DNA of 64,000 nt from Marsupella aquatica. Lineage: Eukaryota; Plantae; Marchantiophyta. This document shows positions 53,001-64,000 of the stretch, piece after piece (the stretch's first letter is position 1; each line of letters starts with the position of its first letter). The position numbers and the translations under genes are program-made. Below the pieces are notes generated by a model. The model made no database searches, was not told the origin of the DNA, and saw only the letters and a list, made by a program, of their open reading frames with translations. The stretch is from the NCBI GenBank assembly GCA_973895155.1, contig OZ316897.1, positions 4,620,211-4,684,210 on the forward strand, in the 5' to 3' direction.

Positions 53001-53330
53001 CTGTCTGCCAAACACCTTCTAAGGTCCTGCTTTTGAGTCAGTTATCAGATTGTTCCTTTCATAGAGAAGGACTGTCCTGCAATTACCAAGATTGAACAAA
53101 GGAAAGACTGCACAGGATATGTTGACTAAAAAATCCCAGTTTGGGGTGTCAAGTTCCAACTCTACGTCCATCACCTTTTGAGAAAATGGCTTTGGATGTG
53201 CAATTTTGAGATTGATCTGTGATCAAAGCATCTGGTCAAAAACATAACAGATTTTGATGTTTGCCAATTAAATACCATTGGGCACTAAAGTTGGTCAGTT
53301 GTGTTAAGATAAAAGTGATCTACAGGAGAA
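50097..53330. repeat. Complex satellite: about 5 higher-order units (500-780 bp), each with a variable array of 43-44-bp subrepeats
   Basis: Anchor aaatcaga.agtgactttgtc at 50397, 51176, 51674, 52379 and 52977. Subrepeat consensus ctattcaatctattccaagtcccagaatttgtgaaaacccacctgt. Confidence 0.92.
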
Positions 53331-56300
53331 TATTTTCACCCAAAGGATTTGTTGATGGATTGGTTGGACACTTGGCATCAACCTTGGGCTCTCACTTTAA
53401 CTAATTCCAGGAGGAAATGTAACATGTCATGGTACTTTTCATTCATTATGAAATAATTTTATAAGGCTATAACATCTAGCACCCTTTTAATGAGGTAACA
53501 AGGTGGGTCTGAAAACCTTGCCATATAATTATTGTACTTAAGGGGATTAATAATGATCGTGACAAGCATCACCATGTCAGTGTTCCACATGTCCAATTCT
53601 CATTGGTACACATGTCATGCTATTGTATTAAAAGATTCATATTCGTCTATCCTAAGGATAATGCTTTGAAGTATTTACAACAGTAGCATTCTTTATTTCC
53701 TTTGTTCAAGAGAAATCCGTGAGTACTAATATTGGGTAGCTTGAGTGGCATTGTTCTCTTTACCAAAGAGGTATAATGCAAAACAAAATCTGCATGCATG
53801 CAGCATTTGCAACATATATGCCATAGTTAGTCTGACCATACTCAGGTACTTGATCAATGTTAGATGTGTTACTTTGGATATGCACATCCAAGCATGAGTT
53901 AGCTTAGCTTATGAGTTAGCTTAGCTTGTGAGTGGAACTTAGGCTCATTGTTACATAGGCATCTTAAAGATAGGGAGAATTTCTATTGTAGAGATTTGGT
54001 TTGGCCAACGGCCCTAGAGTGCAATAAAACTCTTTTGTTTAATCCCGTGGACATGGCCTGTGGAAAGGTGAACCCCGTATCTCTTGAGTTGACTATGTGC
54101 TCATTAGACATACATTTCACATGTGCATGTTGTCTATGAGCGATCCATTCCTAAACAATTGGTTAGAAGTACCAAAAAGTTATCTTGTGTGTTCCCGTGT
54201 ACGTAGCCTTTGGAGAGGTGAGCCACATGTCTCTTGTGTTGATTACTTCTCATTGGATGTTTCACATCTGCATGTTGTCTATGATCAATTTGTCGCTCAA
54301 CAATTGTGGCATTGGTGCTCCATTGGATGTCACAACTAATCCTAACCAAAGACCCTAGTGCGAATCTGACAAAGTATCATTGACTTGTAATTTCCTAGAA
54401 AATCAAGATATGATTGATGCCCATATATATTGCCTCAAACAGTGTGGTCAGTTTAACTTGGGAATCCCATGAGGTGAGTGTGAGTTAGATGAGTATTAGT
54501 TAACTCAGGTACCCCCAAATGATGTTGCCTTACTTGGTCATGAGGTAATACACAATCCTAATGTTTTGAGAGAATGATGCAATATCAAAATTGAACATGC
54601 AGCTATTGAACATAAGTAAAATTTGAAACAACAAAATGAATATGCCTTTTCCAGCCAGGTGGTGGTTGGACAGTGTACAAAAATGTTTGCAAGGTGGGCC
54701 CACAGATGGTGCCCAATGCATTCCAAAGATCGTCGTGGCAAAGACCATTGGGGCACATAGCACAGGCTGATCAAATGCTGCCAAAACAAACCTTGAGGTT
54801 ATCAATCAAAAGCATTGGGGCAGGAATGGATCAAGGTCAACCATCTACGAAAAGACATGTCATGAGTCCAATAATTAATTTTGTAGATGGGAGGAAATTT
54901 CCCAACCTCCCTGTTTGAGGGATTTCTAGAGCTAGTGACACTATAATCATAGTGTCCTCACCTCGTTTCTTCCAACCCATTGCGCCCAAAGAAGTTAGGG
55001 TTTTTTAATTCAATTGGATGGAGGACTTAAGAAAATTTGTTTGAAGAAAAAAATAGGGGTGTTTTAATACCAAATTTGGGAATATTCCATAGAGAAAGGG
55101 GTTAAAACTAGCAAAATTTTACTTTATTTTCTTGAGTTTTAGGGTGTTTATTAACTGAAAAGTTTGTGCATGATATAAGACTTTTCTTGGAGTGAGGCCT
55201 CTAAGGCTATAATGCCAGGGAATTTCTGATTGTCATCAGTACAATAATCTCTAGTAGTGATGTTGTGCTTGCTATTGTTCTTCGCATAATTCTTCATCCT
55301 CCCAGGCATGTTGCTCACAATCATGCATAACAACACAAAATCATATCTAGGCGCTTTCGTTTAGTGCAGACGTCAACCAGAGTGTATAGATCTAGACTTA
55401 AACATCAGTAGTAATACAATTTTTTAGATGGTGTGATGGTTTCTATAGGTTGCCCAAACATGAATGCCAACAGGTTTGCATGTACATTGTTCGCTCAAAT
55501 TGACAAGTGCCAAATGCTTAGAAACTTTTCCTTAAGATTTAGCAAAGTACCCCAAAAACCTCAGGTCCTTCTAAGACGGCACAATTTAGAAAAGGAATGG
55601 AAGAGCAAGGTTGGATGTGATCATCTAACTCTAGCAAGATCAGTGCCATTTCTGCCCTTATTTCCAGATGGGTTGACAAAGTCTTTTAGACCTAGAAGAT
55701 GTCCAAGAAGACATTAAAGCTCAGGTCACACTCTCATTTTAGCAAGATATTCAAGCTTACCTCCTACCAATTACCAAATTTGATGCTGCAGCCCAAATTT
55801 ATTATCCAGAGATTGCAAGGGAGTCCTTGCAACAAAACTACTCAAACCTTAGGGACTCATCAATCCTATGGCCAAAGGTTTGAGAAGCTTGTTCTGTCTC
55901 AGATGTTAGGATTAACAAGCTTTACAAGTAAGAAAATATCTCTCACTTTGGATACTGTGACCCTGTCCTCCTTTGTTTCTTCCTGTGTTTCCTTTTGCCC
56001 TATTTTGATATCTTTCCATGTGCCTTCACGGGCCTGCTAGGTCCTCTTGTCTCCCATTATTCACATGGAATTTAAGTGGAAATTTTAAAACCTACAAATA
56101 AAATAACTAAGAAGAAAAAATGCCAATCCAGCCTGTTTGGAGGTTACTGATCATTTTAGTAATAATCATCATAGTATAAAAGTTACTTATCTCTAGAAGG
56201 AAGAGTGGGAAGGAAGAGTGGGTGGCACTTTCTGTTGTCACTCTTGTGACAAGAATACCAGGAATAAACCATTTAGGGTTTGAGCAGTGACTTTGCATTT

Positions 56301-57569
56301 CTGGTTCCCGGTTACAAAGATTGATAATAAGCCAATCATCACTGTAGAAAGTTACAATAGTAAGTTGTTTGTAACTTCATAAATAAAACTCCAAAGCAAT
56401 TTTCTTGGGACTCATTTTGAAGCCATCAATGAGCCCAATTTAAATAATGGTGTTATGTTGTCAGCCTGTTTATCAGTGCCATCTCCACATAAAAGGCTAT
56501 AATACAGATTGATAACAGTTTGTGCTCAAAACTAGTAGCTAAAGATCCAAACCAGGGGGCGACCAGGATAGAAAGGGGTACCCAAAGTCACATAAAGTTA
56601 TTGTTCCAATGACAACGATTGACTAATATATGACTAATAATGGTTGTACCTTTTGCAATAAACATCCAAAGCTAATCATATTTGTACCCATTTTGAAGCC
56701 ATAAATGAGCCCCATTGAACGCCTATCTTGTCATGTAAACATGATGCCCATATAAAATGTTATTGGTGGAATGAATGTTGCACTAAAATATTTCAGCAAG
56801 AGGATCCAAACCCAGATTCAGGACTAGGAGTGAAAGCAGGGGGGATCCAATTAGATGGTGGACCCCCCACTTGTGTGTGCCATAATACTTGTCCTATTAA
56901 TCTAGTCCTATTTTTTATTATTTAATTTTAAAAACATTGCATACACTGCAATGTCAGTGTTTACATCAAAATGCTCAGAACTTGTTAGCCAGGATTTAGT
57001 AGTAATATAAATTTATTTATGATCAGAACTTGTTAGCCAGGATGACATCACAATAGTGATTCTTGTGCTAATACTGCCAAAATCATTCCCTTCTCCAGCT
57101 CCTTGTAAAATGCCGCAAAGGAAAATAAAGTGAACAAATTTTAATACATAATGCCCTAAACCCTAAATATTTTCCCTTTAGACCTTTGAGGCATTGGTCA
57201 ATTCAAATAACTATCTCACAAAATACGGGAAAAAATCACTCAATGTCCGGATTAGGGAAACACCCAATCATTCTTATTTTGAGGATTGGGAGGGTGGGAC
57301 AACGCTTCAAAAATACCAACTTGGTGCTGAAAGGAGTAGAATAAACATCTATTCCAAAACCTTACAATATTGTGACACATGAGTGGCTAACCCTAAACTA
57401 ATGCTCAACAAAAATGAAAAACTAATGGGTGGTACGGTAAAGCTCAACAATAGCTCAACTAAACGGAAACTTGCAACCTCAAATCTGTTCCCCCTCCTTG
57501 CCCATCCTAGTCTTCAAATGACTTTTTTTCTTTCTTTTGTCCCCAATTTTTTCTTTCAACTTTTAAATA

Positions 57570-57765
57570 CATTGCCACTAAAGATGTTTGAATTCACAAT
57601 ACTGTCACTATTTCTTTTTGTATTTACAAAAATTACACGGTTTTTGTATATAGTTCCCCTTGTTACCTTGGAAAACTTCTCATCTGTATAAGAAACCCTG
57701 ACATTTTTATAAATACAGAAAAAATAGTGGCAGTATTGTGAAGTAGAACATCTTTAGTGGCAAAG
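57570..57765. mobile_element. MITE, family C (TA-flanked, Tc1/mariner-type), 196 bp
   Basis: TA|cattgccactaaagatgtttgaattcacaatactgtcactattt ... aaatagtggcagtattgtgaagtagaacatctttagtggcaaag|TA, with TIRs of about 55-60 bp. Confidence 0.8.
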
Positions 57766-60700
57766 TAATTAAAAGCTATTTTTTTATTTTCTTTTGGTTG
57801 TCCTTCAATCTCTTCAATCTAATTGGTTTGATGAGGATCACCAATAAGTTTTGGGACATCCATTTTTCTTCAAATTTATTTAGTAAGTATGCCCAAGCTA
57901 GGTAGTAGAGTGAAACCATTTCAGCCAAAGTGGGCTTGAGATGACAAAATTCTGATAAAAACATATATTGATGCATTTTTTCTTTTTTAAAAAACATTTT
58001 TTTAAGGGAAATCTGTGAAACCCCATAGAAAGGGAATAGACAGCCACAATAGTTGAATTCAAGACCTATCAGTGTCTTCACTCAAGTGAGCTACCACAAA
58101 GTCACGCCTCTCTGGGCTATATTGATGCATCTTAGGATACTGACATACCCCAATAGCACAGAAATAACATCATGAAAACCCAACAACTCACTAACTTAAA
58201 AGACTGTTTATTACTTAAGGTGCACACTGCCACTATTAATTATCAACATTTGATTTTGATCTAAGAATTTGACAACATGCATAGAGTCTTGTAATCGTTT
58301 GTATTGTTGTCCACCGGCCTCTTTGTTAGTCCTATCAATCAATCACATCTAACGGTTATAATTACTCATTGACATTTTTAACTAAATGAATCAAATACAG
58401 AGATCGATATGATTAATCAAAATTTAAAAGTAAATTAAAGGGTTACAAGAGGTTACCTTTTCGCCCTCACTCTTTGCAATTTGGCATCCATTGTAACTTT
58501 TTAAAATTGTAAGTTTTTACCATTTGCGGGTCTACCCAATTATGGTTAACTTTAGTCTTGGGTCAATTTCTAGTTACTAAAGCTAAACCACCATTAGGGT
58601 GTTAATAGTGGTTAATAGTGATTAGCCATGACTCAATATTTAGCATATAGAGGGGCTAGGGATTGAGAGCTCCTCTTGGAGACTCATGCTCATTGTTGAG
58701 GGAGCTAGCTAGGTGCTAGGAGGAGAGCTGGTTGCTTGACTCATGTGTATGGTGTCGCCGGTTGTCCCAACAATAACAAGCACAAATGGTAGTGTTTGTT
58801 TGTTGCAACAAATACCACCATTTGCATTTGTAATGGAAACCGCTGACATGGTGCAACCACTGGCTAGGAATTTTGGAATGAACTCATCAGGGGGTCCTAG
58901 ATATATATATATTCCAACTTTACAGTCAGGTACAATAAATTTATGATTTTTGTGTATTAATTGGCAGCAGATTTCTGCAGAATTGGTCATGTACACTAGA
59001 AAATCAGCTTAGGTATTGGTGGGATATTCTTGCACTTTTGGAAAAAATGCCATAAATTATAGATGCTTAGATTGTGTTGAAGTTGTTTCAGTTTGGAAGA
59101 TGCAATTTTTGTGGGCATTGAGCATTCCTTGGATGACCAACCCAATCTTGACTTTGATATAAATTGAGATTTAGTGGTAGATTGATGTATATCTCATAGA
59201 ATATATTGATTGTGGTAGATTTGGCCAAAAGTTGAAAACATCATTCTTGTTCTGTCCAAAAGTGTGCTTCTTTCTACTAACCCCGCATAAACACAAATAT
59301 TTTTGAACCCTTACTGTTGTTCTGTCTGGGCATCGTGCTAGCACAAACAAAGATTTCCAAAAAAACACTTCAATGAATCTTTCTATCTATGTACACACAT
59401 AGCCTCTCCCTCGGTCTCCCTTTTTTGGTTTTGAAAGATGGGAATGTCACCCAAACCCGCTCCTTTACAATTGCTCCTAATGCACATATTCTAGCTGGCC
59501 AGTAGAAGTTTGTCAATTGACATCTTATAAATGGTTATTCTAAAGTGGGTTGAGTATGTTTTTACCCTACTGTTATAGTTTCATGCTCCTTAGTTTACAG
59601 GGTTTAGAGTAATATTACTTATGAAATGCTAAGCAGTTCAAATTTCTAGGTTTGCTGTTAGAGATCCTTTAAAATAAGTTCTAGGTTGTTCCACTTTATT
59701 AGAGAATTCTTGGGGAATTCAGAGCTTGCACCCTACATCATAATTTTTCTGTGTTGTTTCAATATATTCTCATCGTGCTGATTGGCAATCTGGTAGTACA
59801 AAGTTCATGCTACTTTGCAGATGCTTGCTTCGATCAGTCAGCTAAGTCATTTTGGGGTTTTTCCACAATATCTCTACTTAATATATTGGATGTCTTGTAG
59901 TATCCGACCTGACCATTCTTCCACTACTGAGGTAGTGGAGTCGTCTGATCTTTAATCCAAGGATCCAGCCCTTACGATGGAGAAGGGTTTAGCTCAAGGG
60001 AAGGAAAAATTCCTTTTGTTGGTTGCCTGAAATGCAAATGGAACAAAGAGTTGGAGATTCCCTAGTACTTCAAAATACCAACAAGAAACTTGATGTTCTC
60101 TTTGCATTGATTCAAAGAGACTGGCGCTCAAAGTAACCATGATCTTACATGGTGTTGCCACTCTTCTCACAATACCTGGCACCTTTGACTTAAAGTTTTA
60201 TCCCTCAAAGTTGAACAAGTACTTAGAGGCCCTCAGCTAACCATTTTCTGATTGGGATCCCATCATCTCTTAAAATAATTTGCAACTTTGGAAAGTGCGG
60301 TGGGAGCTGGGAAATTTTGGCAAATCTGACGGGAAAGTGGCATTGTATATATCTGACCGTGGAGGAATGATGCCTCTTTCAACCACAAGGACTCACAAGA
60401 CTTTACAAACTGTGATCATTAGTATTTGGTATAATAGTGGCTGTTACATTAGGCCAGACATTAGGGTCGACTGGAAACTGACATCGCTTAGCTTACACAG
60501 GACTAATTGTGAGCAAAGTTTGTGATGTAGATTCACAAGGCACTGAGGTAATCATCCCATTGGACCGCTTATTTAGGATTGGGATTGTATTCAAGTTGCA
60601 ATTTCTTTCCTCTGTCTTCTTTGTAATTTTGTCAATTCTTCAAATCTTGTGTGTTTATCCTCTCATCAATTTTCCTTTCCTTAGTGCAGTACTCACCATT

Positions 60701-61486
60701 ACCTCTCCAAAAATGGACAGAATTGGCAGTGTCATCCAACAGTGTCTCCCATTGTATCCAATGCATGTAATGTACCTCACATGCCTAGTATGTAGTTTGG
60801 ATGGTTATTCTGACGTTAGGTTATAAGAACTTCTTGAAGCAAGCTCAAATGTGCCCCTTCTTAGAAGAATATTGAGGCTAAGATATTTAGGGCGCAAGAG
60901 AACTATTTTGAGAGAATGGAGAGAATTGATGAAGTGAGAGGTGATCCGGGGAGGTGATTACAGAGGCGATGGGCCATGATAGTGTGAAGGGAAGATTCAT
61001 AGATTGAGAAAGTGCATTAAGTGTAAGGATGAAGCAAGAGATCATGGATAGTATTTGAATACATAATTGAGAGGGGTTGATTGCACCAAGGATGAGAGAA
61101 ATTGGATTATCAGAAGAGAAAAAGCTTCATTACCAGTGACTGGATGGCCTTCTTGAACACATGCATAAATACAATATCACTAAGAATATCCCCTAGCGAG
61201 AGAGGCCTGGCTACAATACACGTTGACTGTACGTTGGTCACTTACATGTTTTCAGTATACTATGGTTATTGTACTATATGTCATAACAATGGTAGTCAAA
61301 CTTTCCCATGGGTGGAAAGTGGTTACAGTGAGGTGTACCATTTGATCAAGGAGTTTGTCTGGCCTCTCCTGAAAATTGCTTGATCACTAATTGTACACCT
61401 CAATGTGTGGCCACATCATTGTGAGGCCAGGTGCCTCATGCATTGCTTTGAATCAGATTGTATAAATTAGCATGAGCTGTAATTTA

Positions 61487-62149
61487 CATTGTCACTAAAG
61501 ATGTTTGAATTTATAACACTACCACTAATTTTTATTACGGACCCCACTAGAGGTCCTTTCCAAACTTCCTGGCACCACAGCGCGCCACATCATCAAGATG
61601 CGCTGCAAATAGGTACATATTGGTTTACAAAACAAAATTTGCTTCCACATTCTTGTTTGTGGCGTGATTATGATAAAATCAAGGACGCCATGCCGTAAAA
61701 CTTGATGTAAAACTATTTTAAAAGTAACCGTTTTATTTACTCTAGGTAACAAAATGTTGAAGTAATCATAGACTCGTAACCATTTTTTAAACCCCGAATA
61801 ACCGACTGCCCACCCTCTGGTTCAATTAAGTAATTAATTAATTATATATCCTGCACTCTCTTGTCCTCCGGATCACACAGAGGGTATCCTAGCAACTTCT
61901 CTTCGAACTGCTTTATGCTTCGTTGAGCCCTAGGCAAGAAAGCACTCGAGTCAATGGCCACAGCAGCCATTCAATTCAAAACAGATGAGGTCTATGAACT
62001 AATTGTATTTATAAATATGTCACAATTTATGTATATAGCTCCCTTAGTTACGCTGATGAACTTCTCATCCATATATAAAATTGTGGTATATTTGTAATAC
62101 AAAAGAAATTGTGGCAATATTGTCAATTAGAACATCTTTAGTGACAAAG
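61487..62149. mobile_element. MITE, family C, longer copy (663 bp)
   Basis: TA|cattgtcactaaagatgtttgaatt ... aattagaacatctttagtgacaaag|TA. Same asymmetric termini (CATTG left, CAAAG right) as the 57570 copy, with a different interior. Confidence 0.75.
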
Positions 62150-64000
62150 TACGTACAAAAACTAATGAATTGCTTTCCTAGAGGAAACCATCAAGCTTCA
62201 TTGCATAACCTGTGTTAGTTTCTCTCTGAGGATCTAGCTTCCCCTTGGTTTCATTGTGATTCCGAGTGAATCACTGTTTTTGTTCTATCTTATATATATT
62301 CATGAATCATGCTCTTTTGGTGTATCTTTGTTGTAAAATAAAAGTGTAAATTGACAAAAAATTGTTTATATCTACAAATTTCAAGACTCAAATGAATATA
62401 TCTGTATATTGGGGTTTGATAATAAAAACAATGTTCTTAGTGTTTGGTCCTCTCTCTGTGAATCAAGTAATATTTTCTGCCCTATTGGATGCACTTGATG
62501 GGAACCTGGTCTCCTTGTTCAATGTGCACTGTACTTCACTCATTCAATTGCAATAATATATATTTCAGTTTTGAATCAATCCTTGAATGATCTTATATAC
62601 CACACCCATGATGAAAGCTATGTGCTTGCAATAGGCTGAACCAATATCTAGAGCATATTGTTTTGGCTATACAATTTTGATAAGATGTTCTGACAATAAG
62701 TTATGGGGCCATTATTGGACCCCTATCACAATACTGAAGTTCAGCCAATAAGTAGGAGTCAAACCAAAAAATCAGATCATTGCTATGATCTTCCTACACA
62801 TATAAAAAGTAGGGGTCAAACTAAAAGAATCTGATCTGTGCTGTAGGGGAGAACTACTATGATAAGATGCAAATGGAGGTTATAGTGGACGCAAAACTGG
62901 TCTTGACTATGGGACCTCGATCAGTTACTTATGCATAAGACTGCCAAAGAACAAATGCACCAACCAGGAGACACTATCCCAAATTGCAGGAGATATATCC
63001 AATAAAGGGGAGAAAACTAGGGGAAAACCAGATAGACGATAGAGCCAAAAACAATTCACTTATGTTGAAGTTTGCACATCTTAAAAGTATTTTGGAAACT
63101 ACTCAAACTCAAGATCAATAAAGCCAATACCTCAGAAATCATGACAGGGCCTATGATGATTTCTTTTGGCTGATCCTGAAACATGATCAAACTATCACAT
63201 GAGGCTTAATGATACCTCAAGAGACAAGTACTTTTGCAAACTGTGAACACAAGACTAGAGATTTTAACATTGACTTGAGTGAAAGTCCGGTGGAGTTCAC
63301 TGGGTCCACTTAGAGCAACTTATGAATTTAGTTCCTGAATTGACTCACAAGTTGACACGGGTAGGGAAGTAGACCTTGTTTACCCTGTATTAATTTCCAA
63401 ACCTGCATAGTGTATTATGAATTATAACCAATAATTAGTAATTTGTTGCTCGTTCAGACAAGTGCCAAATGACACAAATTTATGGGTTTTGTTTCAGGCT
63501 TGCAGGAAGGAAAACCCCCATTTATATTTTTGTGAATTTTTGAAATAAATTTTGGCAATATCGACCTGTTCTACGTACATGGTTTGTAGCAGAACCCAGA
63601 ACTTTGAGAAATTATGGGGCCATGAGCAAGCAATTGTTATGCTTTGGCAGCCACACTAAGCCACTCAGAACCTTCAATGTTTGCCGACCCACCTTAAAGC
63701 CACATGTATCCAATATTTGTCCCTAAGTACCATTATCATAGTAAAGTGGATAATATCCCTAGTTCCAATTTTCAATTTTGTGCTGGTAATGACTTATTCC
63801 ATTCTATGTTATTATTGATTGAATGAATGAACTGACATACCACTGGTACATATAACACGGTGCCAAAGAACAAAAGAGCCAAACCTGGAGATAGGGATCC
63901 CAAAGGTAAAAGACCCAATAAATGTCGGACAAGGAAAAGGGATCGCAAAACTCACGCATCATAGACTACTCACCTAGGATAGATTACCGGAGAATAATAT

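Overview
This is eukaryotic nuclear DNA from a land plant (probably a bryophyte or other non-seed plant; inference), not a prokaryote. I reconstructed four host genes by hand with GT-AG introns. (1) The 5' ten exons of an insulin-degrading enzyme/M16A peptidase (minus strand, running off the left edge). (2) An intronless PDX1 pyridoxal-phosphate synthase (minus). (3) A three-exon CDK5RAP1/MiaB-type tRNA methylthiotransferase (plus). (4) A six-exon Jagunal homolog (plus) that the ORF track misses. Between them lie a 3'-truncated, recently inactivated Bianca-type Ty1/copia retrotransposon (125-bp 5' LTR, half-tRNA-Ile PBS), two MITE families, a fold-back element and several tandem repeats, including a nested higher-order satellite. 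There are also decayed coding relics (ankyrin-like, LRR-like and unassigned). The most novel-looking signal is a tandemly duplicated, diverged but intact alternative last exon in Jagunal. Others are the long AUG-poor, in-frame-open leader with a single uORF before PDX1, and an extra ORF relic and RT insertion in the retroelement. No database searches were run; family calls rest on recalled motifs.
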